64,000 bases of DNA from Candidatus Daviesbacteria bacterium (GTDB taxonomy: Bacteria > Patescibacteriota > Microgenomatia > Daviesbacterales > UBA10151): positions 24,463 through 88,462 of the forward strand of contig JACPKP010000009.1 of assembly GCA_016186955.1 (NCBI GenBank), written 5' to 3'. Position 1 is the stretch's first letter. Every line of letters begins with the position of its first letter. The translations under genes were made by a program, and so were the position numbers. The notes under the pieces are model-generated. The model saw only the letters and a list, made by a program, of their open reading frames with translations, was not told where the DNA came from and did not search any database. Of this stretch, positions 28,686-38,082 are shown one piece after another.

Positions 28686-28907
28686 ATGGATCGTGAGAGA
28701 AATGTTAATTTTGAAGTAGAAATGCCTAAAGAGTCATATCAAACTTTAGAAAATATAGCATATTTTACTGATGTACAAAATATTGATTGGTTAGCAAAAG
28801 TTATGCAGGATGCTTTAAGGGTTTATGATAGGATATTGCAATATCAATCTCAACGCAAAACGGTTGCATTACTGGATGATGCGCAGTTGTCCAAACTGGC
28901 AGATTAG
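28686..28907 (+). CDS. Hypothetical small protein (73 aa)
   Basis: The ORF is preceded by the same AACAATGTATTGA motif found in front of ORF 28042. Confidence 0.4.
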   Translation: MDRERNVNFEVEMPKESYQTLENIAYFTDVQNIDWLAKVMQDALRVYDRILQYQSQRKTVALLDDAQLSKLAD

Positions 28908-29012
28908 TCAACAGAAGCGCCGGTTACATTTAATAGTTTCATTTGTCCAGGCAAACTGATCCAAGCAGAAGAATATTATAAAAAATTGTTAGAAGATAAA
29001 AAACAGAGTAAG

Positions 29013-30455
29013 TTAATCAGAATGAACCCTTTTAATGCTTCTTCTGGCTGTGGATGTAATAACAAACTTTAACCAGTCCCTGCTTGGTTTTTTGGATGGG
29101 TTTTTTGAAATGATTATTTCGCAAACGTCACCGTTTTTTAAGGGGGTATTAAGCGAAACCAGCCGATCGTTTAATTTTGCCCCGGTTGTCAAATCCCCCA
29201 GCCGGGTATGAACTTTGTAGGCAAAATCTATCGGTGTAGCTTTTTCTGGCAGGTCAATAACATCCCCTTTTGGGGTGAAGACATAAATTCTTGCCCCCAG
29301 AAAATCAGTTTTGACGGATTTTAAAAACTCCTCGTTGTCTGTAACCTCTTTTTGCCATTGGCTTAAATTTTTAACCCATTTCAGTTTTTCACCGGCAACT
29401 TTTGTGCCTTTTTCTAAAACTTCATCCGCTGCACCCAGGTTTTTTGTTTCCGAGTAATGCCAGTGTGCCGCTACACCATATTCTGCCTCTTCATGCATCC
29501 CCTCTGTCCGGATCTGGATTTCAAAAGGGGCGTCCCCCGGCCCTAACACCGTTGTATGGATTGACCTATAACCGTTTGGTTTTGGGTTGGCAATATAATC
29601 CCTGACAGAGTCAGGAAGAGGGCGCCAAAGCTTATGGACAATACCCAGCACCCTATAACAATCTTCGGTATTTTTTACAATTATCCTGCAGGCTATCAAA
29701 TCATAAATACGGTTTATATTAAAATTTATCTCAGGCCTTTGCTGTTTTGTAAAAAGGGAATAAATATGTTTAGTGCGGCTTTCCAGCCGGTAGTCTATTT
29801 TTTCCTCCCCCAAAGTAATATTGAGCTTGGATTTAATTTTAAGCAGCGCTTTGTCAAGCCGGCTTAAGCTTGTATCAAGTAATTTGAGGGTTTTTTTGTA
29901 ATCCGTAGGGTAAAGATATTCAAATGCCAAATCCTGCATCTGTCCCTTCATCTCGCCTATTCCGAGCCGCTCGGTTAAAGGTGCAAAAATTTCAATCGTC
30001 TCTTTTGCCAGCTCAACCCTTTTTTGCTCAGGCAGATATTTTAAAGTCTGTAGATTGTCATATATGTCAGCGAGTTTTATCAAAACGATCCTCAAATCAC
30101 GGGCAAGAGTCAAAAACATCTGCCTCAAATTTTCTGCGAACTCTTTTTTGGAGGTTTCAACCAGCTTAATTACTCTCAGCTTATCAAGAGTACCCAGCAT
30201 TGCAGCAATTTCGGGGCCAAACTCTTTTTCTATATCGGATACAGTAGCTGCACTGTCTGAAAAACTGTGGTGTAAAATGGCCACAGACAGCGTAGTCGGG
30301 TCAAAAACCTTAAATCTCTCCAAAACCGCAGCTACTTTCAGACAATGGTTGCTAAAATCCTCGCCGGAATACCGTTTTTTTCCAGCCAGACTAAGGATGG
30401 CAAATTGATATGCTTTTTTGACAAGCGGGTTTTCCAACCCCTTTAGAACATTCAT
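29013..30455 (-). CDS. rel: Bifunctional (p)ppGpp synthetase/hydrolase, RelA/SpoT family (short form with HD, synthetase and TGS domains)
   Basis: HD region. Synthetase motif GYRSIHTTVLGPGDAPFEIQIRT. The TGS segment is IYVFTPKGDVIDLPEKATPIDFAYKVHTRLG. Confidence 0.85.
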   Translation of the reverse strand: MNVLKGLENPLVKKAYQFAILSLAGKKRYSGEDFSNHCLKVAAVLERFKVFDPTTLSVAILHHSFSDSAATVSDIEKEFGPEIAAMLGTLDKLRVIKLVETSKKEFAENLRQMFLTLARDLRIVLIKLADIYDNLQTLKYLPEQKRVELAKETIEIFAPLTERLGIGEMKGQMQDLAFEYLYPTDYKKTLKLLDTSLSRLDKALLKIKSKLNITLGEEKIDYRLESRTKHIYSLFTKQQRPEINFNINRIYDLIACRIIVKNTEDCYRVLGIVHKLWRPLPDSVRDYIANPKPNGYRSIHTTVLGPGDAPFEIQIRTEGMHEEAEYGVAAHWHYSETKNLGAADEVLEKGTKVAGEKLKWVKNLSQWQKEVTDNEEFLKSVKTDFLGARIYVFTPKGDVIDLPEKATPIDFAYKVHTRLGDLTTGAKLNDRLVSLNTPLKNGDVCEIIISKNPSKKPSRDWLKFVITSTARRSIKRVHSD

Positions 30456-30655
30456 GGTGTTGCGGGCGGGTTAAAACTTAGAGCCTCCTGTACCATCTTC
30501 AGCCTTTTAGCCAAAGAAAGTAATTCTTGCTCCAATGATTGCCGTTTTTCCAAAATCTGCTGTTCCTCATTTTTCAATGCTGTTTGGTTTCTGTTTACGA
30601 GTGTACTGGTCCATGACTCTTTCATAATATTATTCACCTCCCTTCTAAAATTCAA
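30452..30655 (-). CDS. Hypothetical small coiled-coil protein overlapping the rel start
   Basis: 67-aa ORF with a 4-nt overlap to rel. Confidence 0.4.
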   Translation of the reverse strand: MNFRREVNNIMKESWTSTLVNRNQTALKNEEQQILEKRQSLEQELLSLAKRLKMVQEALSFNPPATP

Positions 30656-30667
30656 ACATCAAAAAAA

Positions 30668-30683
30668 CCTCCCGTTCGGGAGG
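30668..30683. terminator. Intrinsic terminator hairpin CCTCCCG-TTC-GGGAGG flanked by A and T runs
   Basis: AAAAAAACCTCCCGTTCGGGAGGTCTTTAAAAGTTT. It could terminate the minus-strand small peptide gene at 30711-30815. Confidence 0.5.
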
Positions 30684-30894
30684 TCTTTAAAAGTTTGGGT
30701 TTTTAGGTTCTTACCTAAAAAGACCTCCCAAAAGCACTCCAATAAAGAGCACCAAAGAGAGGTTTACAATTAAAATACCAAAATTTCTAGGATATAGGGT
30801 TTGCGTATATGACATAACTTAAGATTATTATAAGTTTTTTAATAAACCTTGTCAAGGAGGCTTGAAGCTGGTAAGATGGATCAAGCATCCCACT

Positions 30895-30956
30895 GTCATT
30901 CCCGCGAAAGCGGGAATCTATAAAAGTTATGGATCCCCGATTAAATCGGGGATGAC
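30895..30956. repeat. MITE-like palindromic element copy (about 62 bp) upstream of aspS
   Basis: GTCATTCCCGCGAAAGCGGGAATC....GGATCCCCGATTAAATCGGGGATGAC. Each arm is itself a hairpin. Translated, it gives the SRFRGNDS-type peptide seen in spurious ORF 30787-30984. Confidence 0.5.
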
Positions 30957-30971
30957 AAAAAAAGAAACATA

Positions 30972-32297
30972 ATGCAGAGAACACTGATTTTGAATTGTAA
31001 TAACAAAATAGGGGAAAATGTCATGGTTTGCGGTTGGGTTTCCGTAAGGCGGGACCATGGGAAAATTGTGTTTTTGGATGTTTATGACAGGAGCGCTATT
31101 GTTCAAGTTGTGGTAACTGGGGAATTAGCAGGGGATTTACATCCCCAGGATGTAGTTTGCATAACAGGTAACGTTGCCAAAAGGCCTGAAAACCTCGTTA
31201 ATCTAAATTTAGAAACAGGTTCTGTTGAACTTCAGGCCTCAAAAATCGAAATTTTATCCAAAGCAGAAGAGCTGCCTTTTGATATGGGGGGAAAAGAGTT
31301 AGATTTGCAGCTCCCAACCCTGTTGGATTTTAGGTCACTGACTTTAAGGCACCCAAAAGTCAAAGCAATTTTTAAAGTGCAGGAAGTCACAATTGATGCA
31401 TTTAGGGAGGCGATGAAGAAAAAAGATTTTACGGAATTTCAAGCCCCGGTTATTATCCCCCAAACCGCAGAAGGGGGCGCTGATGTTTTTGAAGTAAAAT
31501 ATTTCAACCATAAGGCATTTTTGTCCCAGAGCCCCCAATTTTACAAACAGATAATGGTTGGGGTATTTGAAAGAGTTTTTACTGTCAATAAAACATTAAG
31601 GGCAGAGCCTTCTGTAACGACCAGACATTTGACTGAAGTAACAACATTGGATGCTGAATTTGGGTTTATTGAGAACTGGCTGGATGTTATGGAGATGGCA
31701 GACTATGTTATTAAATATATTTTCGAAAGGGTTGGGAGAGAATGCGGGGAGACTCTGAAAATGTTTGGCGTCACCATTCCAACAGTACCTGAAAAAATTC
31801 CGATGATTAAACTCCGGGATGCGCAGGAGGTTATTTTTAAAAGAACCGGGAGGGATAACAGGAAAGAGCCGGATTTAGAACCGGAAGATGAAAGAGAAAT
31901 TTGCAGATGGTCTAAAGAAGAAAAAGGTTCAGAGCTTATTTTTGTAACCCATTATCCGGTCAAAAAAAGACCATTTTATACTTTTGAGGATCCGGAAGAT
32001 CCGGGTTATACACTAAGCTTTGATTTAATTGGGAGAGGGACTGAATGGTTAACCGGCGGGCAAAGGATCAATAATTTAGAAACTTTAGAGAGAAACGCTA
32101 AAGAATGGGGGGTTGATTTAAAAAAGAGCGAGCTTTATCTGCAGGCATTTAAATATGGCATGCCACCGGAAGGCGGATTCTCTTTTGGTTCAGAGAGAAT
32201 AGTAATGCACGTTTTGGGACTTACTAATGTCAGGGAAGCCAGTTTGTTCCCGAGAGATATGGAAAGAGTAGATGTTAGGTTGTCAACGTTAAAATAA
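30972..32297 (+). CDS. aspS: Aspartate--tRNA ligase, archaeal/type-2 short form (possibly non-discriminating)
   Basis: N-terminal OB fold. SQSPQFYKQ motif. Class II motif 3 GGFSFGSERIVM. Length 441 aa. Confidence 0.75.
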   Translation: MQRTLILNCNNKIGENVMVCGWVSVRRDHGKIVFLDVYDRSAIVQVVVTGELAGDLHPQDVVCITGNVAKRPENLVNLNLETGSVELQASKIEILSKAEELPFDMGGKELDLQLPTLLDFRSLTLRHPKVKAIFKVQEVTIDAFREAMKKKDFTEFQAPVIIPQTAEGGADVFEVKYFNHKAFLSQSPQFYKQIMVGVFERVFTVNKTLRAEPSVTTRHLTEVTTLDAEFGFIENWLDVMEMADYVIKYIFERVGRECGETLKMFGVTIPTVPEKIPMIKLRDAQEVIFKRTGRDNRKEPDLEPEDEREICRWSKEEKGSELIFVTHYPVKKRPFYTFEDPEDPGYTLSFDLIGRGTEWLTGGQRINNLETLERNAKEWGVDLKKSELYLQAFKYGMPPEGGFSFGSERIVMHVLGLTNVREASLFPRDMERVDVRLSTLK

Positions 32298-32304
32298 TTC
32301 TTCA

Positions 32305-33270
32305 ATGCCCGATAAATTCAAAAATATCCAATTTCAAAAGTACGGACTTTACTTGTACAGTATTTTGATATTGGCATTGGCACAGCTTTTTTTAATTACT
32401 GCGCCAAAAGCAGTGGGTTTGGTAGAAACTAAAGTTGCCTTTTTGGGCAACCAACCTCAAATCAAAGTACAACCCCTGGATAAAAAAATTGAACTCCCAA
32501 AAATTATTGAAATAATTGATAAAAACATACCTCCTCCTGAATTTAAAGCCCATGCAGTCCTTGCCAAAGATTTAGAATCCGGCAAAATACTTTTTGAAAA
32601 AAATATACATAACCGCTTGTCACCGGCATCAACCACGAAAATTATGACAGCATTGGTGGCGCAGGATTCTTTCAAGGCAGGGGAAGTTTTGAAGGTTCCG
32701 GAAGGCGCTTTGGTGGGTGGTTCGAGCATGGGTGTAAATATTGGCGAGGAGCTTACCTTCAGAAGTTTGCTTTACGGAATGCTTTTGAATTCCGGCAATG
32801 ATGCAGCTTATACAATAGCATTAAATTATCCGGGCGGTTTCGAAGCTTTTGTTTCAAAAATGAACGAAAAGGTACAAAAGCTGAATTTAGAAGACAGCCA
32901 TTTTCAAAATCCGGCTGGGTTTGATTCAGACAACCATTATTCATCGGCCTATGATTTGGCAGTGATATCTGAGGCTGCCGTCAAAGATCCCTATCTGTCT
33001 AAAATTGTTGATACCAAAGAAACATCAATACTGGCCTATGATAAGACTAAACTGCATAACCTTAAAAATTTAAATAAGTTGTTGTCTGAAGACGGGATTT
33101 TGGGGATTAAAACCGGGACTACCGAGAAAGCGGGGGAAAATTTTATTGGACTAGTTGAAAGAAATGGGCATAAAGTATTGACAGTAGTGCTCTCCAGTAC
33201 GGACCGTTTTGGTGAAACAAAAAATTTGATGGATTGGGTGTATAGAAATTATTCCTGGGAAACAAAATAA
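32305..33270 (+). CDS. D-alanyl-D-alanine carboxypeptidase (S11 PBP5/6 family)
   Basis: SPASTTKIM (SxxK), LNSGND (SxN) and IKTGTT (KTG) motifs, with an N-terminal signal/TM. Confidence 0.8.
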   Translation: MPDKFKNIQFQKYGLYLYSILILALAQLFLITAPKAVGLVETKVAFLGNQPQIKVQPLDKKIELPKIIEIIDKNIPPPEFKAHAVLAKDLESGKILFEKNIHNRLSPASTTKIMTALVAQDSFKAGEVLKVPEGALVGGSSMGVNIGEELTFRSLLYGMLLNSGNDAAYTIALNYPGGFEAFVSKMNEKVQKLNLEDSHFQNPAGFDSDNHYSSAYDLAVISEAAVKDPYLSKIVDTKETSILAYDKTKLHNLKNLNKLLSEDGILGIKTGTTEKAGENFIGLVERNGHKVLTVVLSSTDRFGETKNLMDWVYRNYSWETK

Positions 33271-33298
33271 TTTTTAATTTAAACTTCGAAATTTCAAA

Positions 33299-34312
33299 TT
33301 ACTTCTGGAGGTATTCATCAGTAATTGCAGGTACTAAAGCCGCAAATTGTTCACCTTCGAACAAAAAAACTGGTTGGAGATATTGTGAATAATCTTCACT
33401 CAAAAAGTAAACCAGGCCAATCTTATTAATGGAAACCTGGGCTTTTTTAGGTTCAATAACAACTGCCCCTTGCCCGTTTTGCAACCGGGTGAAGGCAACT
33501 TCGGCGTTTTTGATAGGATAAGTTGAAAAATTGGTCTGGTCAATTGGCCAAAAAATATACTCCAGCTCAAGGAATTTTTGCAGCTCATCTTTAAATTTTG
33601 TCACCACCCCGTTAATAAGTCCTTTTGTAAACCTATCCGTGATGATTTCGTGCCCGTCAACATCTTCCTGCCATAAAGATATGGCAGCGCTGGAACTTTC
33701 TTTTGGAGTGGATTTGTTGAAGCTTATTTTAACCCTACCTTCACTCAAGCCTTCCCGTAATAAATTTTTGCGGCGCAGGTAACTCATAAAGTCTGTTTTG
33801 ATTCTTGATTCATCACCCAACGTTTCATCCTGGAGCAATGGACTGTCTGTAGCGATGCTGTGTTTGTATTGAAAATTACTGCTGCTAAGGTCAACAATAA
33901 ACTCACCGCCACCCTCATCAGTGAAACGGTATTTTGTGTTTGATAAAATATCCGGCCCATTGGTAAATTTGAAATCCGCAGCAAGTTCTCTGGCTTTGTC
34001 CGCAGCAAGCAAGGTTGTGCCCAGTTGGGGGATAAAATAAACCTTCATGATTTTGGGCAGGTCTTTTGGTACGGAGCCGGTCGTCGTATCCAGTGTGTAT
34101 GAATAATTTGCCGAGGATACACTGGTAAGAGGTAAGTTGGGTTTTGGCAAAATGCTCCATAAAACATCAGGTTTTTCTTCTACCGGTGGGGGTTTGGGCC
34201 TATTCCTTTGGTAGATCTGAAACCATATTCCGCCGCCAATTAGGGCTATTGATAAGATTACAGAAAGGATTATTAACTTTTTTGTTAAAGATGCAGTTTC
34301 GGTTAAAGTCAT
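33299..34312 (-). CDS. Hypothetical membrane-anchored protein (337 aa)
   Basis: N-terminal TM helix followed by a Pro-rich spacer. No motif. Confidence 0.5.
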   Translation of the reverse strand: MTLTETASLTKKLIILSVILSIALIGGGIWFQIYQRNRPKPPPVEEKPDVLWSILPKPNLPLTSVSSANYSYTLDTTTGSVPKDLPKIMKVYFIPQLGTTLLAADKARELAADFKFTNGPDILSNTKYRFTDEGGGEFIVDLSSSNFQYKHSIATDSPLLQDETLGDESRIKTDFMSYLRRKNLLREGLSEGRVKISFNKSTPKESSSAAISLWQEDVDGHEIITDRFTKGLINGVVTKFKDELQKFLELEYIFWPIDQTNFSTYPIKNAEVAFTRLQNGQGAVVIEPKKAQVSINKIGLVYFLSEDYSQYLQPVFLFEGEQFAALVPAITDEYLQK

Positions 34313-34317
34313 AAGTT

Positions 34318-34345
34318 AGCTTCTAGGTTCTAGCTTCTAGGTTCT
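34318..34345. repeat. Tandem direct repeat 2 x 14 bp (AGCTTCTAGGTTCT) in the gltX promoter region
   Basis: Two perfect adjacent copies. Each supplies a TTCTAG -35-like hexamer, 17 nt upstream of TATTAT (34351-56). Confidence 0.5.
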
Positions 34346-34368
34346 AATTATATTATACTTCAATCATC

Positions 34369-35709
34369 ATGGAAGTTAGAGTCAGAATTGCCCCATCACC
34401 CACCGGATCGCCCCATATCGGCACTGCCTGGCAAGCGCTGTTTGATTATGTGTTTGCTAAAAAACATAACGGGAAATTTATCCTGCGGCTTGAGGATACT
34501 GACCGCGCCAGGTTTGTGCCGGAATCGGTAGACCAAATACATGAAACGTTGGAGTGGTTGGGTTTTGAATATGATGAGGGCCCGGGTAAAGGCGGAAATT
34601 TTGGCCCGTATATCCAATCCGAAAGGCGGGAGATTTATAAAAAGTATACAGACAAGTTGATTGGAAAAGATTTGGCATATGAAAGCGATGGGGCAATCCG
34701 GTTTAAGATGAATAAGGAGGGTAAAACAACCTATCACGATTTGGTAGGGGATAAAGATATTACAATCGAAAATTCCACCCAGGATGATTTTGTAATTTTA
34801 AAATCAGACGGTTTTCCCACCTATAACTTCGCAAATGTAATTGACGACCATTTAATGCAAATTTCGCATGTTATCCGCGGCAATGAGTATATTTCTTCAA
34901 TGCCAAAATATTTACAGCTTTATAAAGCGTTTGATTGGACGCCTCCCCAGTTTGCCCACCTGCCGCTTTTGGTTGGGTCGGACCGGTCTAAACTTTCCAA
35001 ACGGCATGGTGCAAAATCCGCCCTGGATTATAAAAAGGAAGGATATTTAAAACAGGCGGTTATTAACTTCCTCGCGCTTTTGGGCTGGTCGAACCCTGAA
35101 GGGAAGGAGATTTTTTCTTTGGAGGAGATGATAAAGGTTTTTGATTTGAAAGATTTTAACCAGGCTTCGGTTTATTTTGATCCCCAAAAATTGGAATGGA
35201 TGAACGGTGAATATATCAGGATGATGTCTGATGAGGATTTGGCCCAAAACTTACGTGAATACCTAGTTGATCATCCGGCAAAGGATAAAATTGGGGAAGT
35301 TGTGCCGCTTGTAAAGGAAAGGATTAAAAAACTTGCCGATTTTATTCCCCTTACAAACTTCCTCTGGCAAAAACCGGAATATGACCGGGCTGTTTTTGAG
35401 AAATTAAAAATTGATGGGGATATCCAAAAAGTGTTGGATAGGATAATAGAGAAGATGCAAAGTATGGGGAAACCATGGAAAGCGGAAGAGTTTGAAAAAA
35501 CTTTTAGGGAATTGGCAGGGGAATTAAAAATTTCTGCCGGTGATATGTTTCAATTGATCAGGGCAGCCATTTCCGGGCAGCTGGTTACTCCGCCGCTTTT
35601 TGAAAGTATACAGATTTTAGGTGAGGATGAAACCTTAAGAAGGGTTGAATATGTTGCCAGGTCTTACCAGGATCTGCCAAAGCTCGTAGAGAGGATAGAA
35701 TCTGAATGA
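34369..35709 (+). CDS. gltX: Glutamate--tRNA ligase
   Basis: PSPTGSPHIGTA (HIGH) and KLSKRHG (KMSKS) motifs. Confidence 0.9.
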   Translation: MEVRVRIAPSPTGSPHIGTAWQALFDYVFAKKHNGKFILRLEDTDRARFVPESVDQIHETLEWLGFEYDEGPGKGGNFGPYIQSERREIYKKYTDKLIGKDLAYESDGAIRFKMNKEGKTTYHDLVGDKDITIENSTQDDFVILKSDGFPTYNFANVIDDHLMQISHVIRGNEYISSMPKYLQLYKAFDWTPPQFAHLPLLVGSDRSKLSKRHGAKSALDYKKEGYLKQAVINFLALLGWSNPEGKEIFSLEEMIKVFDLKDFNQASVYFDPQKLEWMNGEYIRMMSDEDLAQNLREYLVDHPAKDKIGEVVPLVKERIKKLADFIPLTNFLWQKPEYDRAVFEKLKIDGDIQKVLDRIIEKMQSMGKPWKAEEFEKTFRELAGELKISAGDMFQLIRAAISGQLVTPPLFESIQILGEDETLRRVEYVARSYQDLPKLVERIESE

Positions 35710-35897
35710 TAGTTAAAAGACAAGATGGATACTATGTTGTATCTAAGAAAAGCCATAAAAATTTGGGTGGGCCGTATCAAACCCGTGAAGAAGCCCTAAA
35801 AAGGCTTAGGCAAGTAGAATTTTTTAAACATCAAAAAGGTTAACTAAAAATCCTAAAAAAACCAGAGTTTTAGAAGGCATGTTTAAATATTAGCAGA

Positions 35898-36875
35898 TTG
35901 GTATATAATACCTCCAGAATGAATCCTAAAGAGCTATACCAGAGCGCGTCAGCAAGTTTTTGGCAAGGACGGGGTGACGGCGGCAGCTTTGACAGGTATT
36001 TCAAAAATGTTAAATGCATTGATATCCGGAAAGAATCGCCTCCTCCTCAAAGTTTTTCCATAGCCGGTTTTAAATGCGATGAGGGTGTCAGAAGGAATTT
36101 GGGACGGCCCGGGGCTTTTAAAGGCCCGGACCGGATCAGGCATTTTTTGGCGACGCTTGCCTATCATATTGATCCCCGCCGACAGATCTATGACCTGGGG
36201 GATGTTACCTGCACTGATGGAGAGTTGGAACGCTCCCAACTTGAGTTGTCATCTCTTGTCGCGGCAGCTTCCTCAAAAGGCTCATTTACTACGGTTTTCG
36301 GAGGAGGTCACGAATTGGCATGGGGGCAGTACCAGGGCCTTGCACAAAATTTTAAAGAGATCGGGGTTGTCAATATCGACGCCCATTTTGACCTGCGGCC
36401 TCTTGAAAACGGCAAGGGGACATCTGGCACATCCTTCAGGCAAATTGCTGATTACTGCAGAGAAAACAACCTGCCATTTGACTACCTTTGTATAGGCATC
36501 CAGCCTGAAGGGAACACACCCTATCTTTTTTCCGAAGCGGAGAGACTCGGCACAAAATATATTCTTGCGGAAGATGCATATGCCCTCTCCAGTGCGGAAG
36601 AATTTATTTCGGGCCAAAAATCCATTTACCTGACTATCTGTCTTGACGTTTACGCGCAAAACTTTGCCCCGGGCGTAAGCGCACCGTCCCCCTTCGGCTT
36701 GACTCCTGCCCAGGTTAATAGATATCTGAAGATGCTTGCAAAGTCTAGAAAAGTCATTGGGTTTGGCATTGCCGAACTGGCGCCCAAATTTGACAAAGAT
36801 AATATAACAGCCCGCCTTGCCGCACTTTCAACAGCCTATTTTTTAAGGAATTACAAATTTTATGGAAGTTTTTGA
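35898..36875 (+). CDS. hutG: Formimidoylglutamase (arginase/ureohydrolase family)
   Basis: GGGHELAWG, IDAHFDLRP and LDVYAQ ureohydrolase motifs. It sits in the operon with hutI, hutH and hutU. Confidence 0.65.
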   Translation: MVYNTSRMNPKELYQSASASFWQGRGDGGSFDRYFKNVKCIDIRKESPPPQSFSIAGFKCDEGVRRNLGRPGAFKGPDRIRHFLATLAYHIDPRRQIYDLGDVTCTDGELERSQLELSSLVAAASSKGSFTTVFGGGHELAWGQYQGLAQNFKEIGVVNIDAHFDLRPLENGKGTSGTSFRQIADYCRENNLPFDYLCIGIQPEGNTPYLFSEAERLGTKYILAEDAYALSSAEEFISGQKSIYLTICLDVYAQNFAPGVSAPSPFGLTPAQVNRYLKMLAKSRKVIGFGIAELAPKFDKDNITARLAALSTAYFLRNYKFYGSF

Positions 36876-38082
36876 TGAGCTTTGGCTGGATGTAAATATT
36901 GCAACCATGTCAGGAGAAAATTATGGTGTCATACCAGCAGGCGCTATCGGTATTTCGGGGGAAAAAATTTCATGGGTTGGCAGACAAAAAGATTTAGGGA
37001 AAAAGGCTTTAAACTCAGTCAAAAAGATCCACCGGGGCAATAATTTTTGGGTAACGCCGGGACTTATTGAATGCCATACGCATTTGGTATACGGGGGAAA
37101 CAGGGTTTGTGAATTTGAGATGCGCCAGAAAGGTGTAAGTTATGCCCAGATCTCCAAAATGGGCGGAGGGATTAATGCAACAGTTCAATCCACCAGGGGT
37201 ACAAGTGAAGATGGGCTTTTCCTTAGCGCCAGGGAAAGGTTGTCCGGATTTCTTAAAGAAGGAGTAACCACCATAGAGATAAAATCAGGTTACGGGTTGG
37301 ATATGCAGACAGAGCTGAAAATGCTCAGGGTGGCTACACGTCTTCAGAGGCAGTCTTATGCAACAATCCAAAGGACATATCTTGGCGCACATGCAGTCCC
37401 TCCTGAATATAAAGGCAGGGCAGATGAATACATAGATTTTTTATGTAATGAAGTTTTGCCGGAGATAAAAAAAGAAGAATTGGCTGATACGGTTGATGCA
37501 TTTTGCGAAAACATCGCATTCAATACTGACCAGGTGGAGAGGCTTTTTTTAAAAGCCAAAAAATTAGGCTACCCTGTTAAACTTCATGCGGAACAGTTAA
37601 GCGACCAAAAAGGGGCAATCCTTGCTGCAAAGTATCAAGCGCTCTCTGTTGACCATCTGGAATATCTGCAAGAGGATGGGATAAAAGCGATCGCAAAATC
37701 AGGCACCATTGCAGTCCTGCTTCCGGGGGCTTCTTACTACCTGAACGAAACCAAAAAACCGCCTTTGGAGTTGCTCAAAAATTACAAAGTCCCTGTAGCA
37801 ATATCCACAGATTTAAACCCCGGTACCTCACCCATTAATTCACTGCTTGCGGTTATGAACATGGCCTGTGTTTTATGGAAGTTTACTCCGGTAGATGCGC
37901 TTTTGGGTGTTACCGCCAACAGCGCCAAAGCATTGGGGTTGGGATCTGCGGTTGGAACAATCGAGACAGGGAAAAAAGCCGATTTTGTGGTTTGGGATAT
38001 CAGCCAACCCGCAGAGCTCTCTTACGGCATCGGTCTCAGTCCCCATAAAATTGTAGTAAAAAACGGGAAAATTATTCAGTGA
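36862..38082 (+). CDS. hutI: Imidazolonepropionase
   Basis: IECHTHLVYGGNR amidohydrolase signature typical of HutI. Confidence 0.85.
   Translation: MEVFDELWLDVNIATMSGENYGVIPAGAIGISGEKISWVGRQKDLGKKALNSVKKIHRGNNFWVTPGLIECHTHLVYGGNRVCEFEMRQKGVSYAQISKMGGGINATVQSTRGTSEDGLFLSARERLSGFLKEGVTTIEIKSGYGLDMQTELKMLRVATRLQRQSYATIQRTYLGAHAVPPEYKGRADEYIDFLCNEVLPEIKKEELADTVDAFCENIAFNTDQVERLFLKAKKLGYPVKLHAEQLSDQKGAILAAKYQALSVDHLEYLQEDGIKAIAKSGTIAVLLPGASYYLNETKKPPLELLKNYKVPVAISTDLNPGTSPINSLLAVMNMACVLWKFTPVDALLGVTANSAKALGLGSAVGTIETGKKADFVVWDISQPAELSYGIGLSPHKIVVKNGKIIQ

Noticed and set aside
30787-30984. 65-aa minus ORF containing SRFRGNDS
   Set aside because: It is a translation of the palindromic MITE-like element and the aspS upstream region. 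No independent support.
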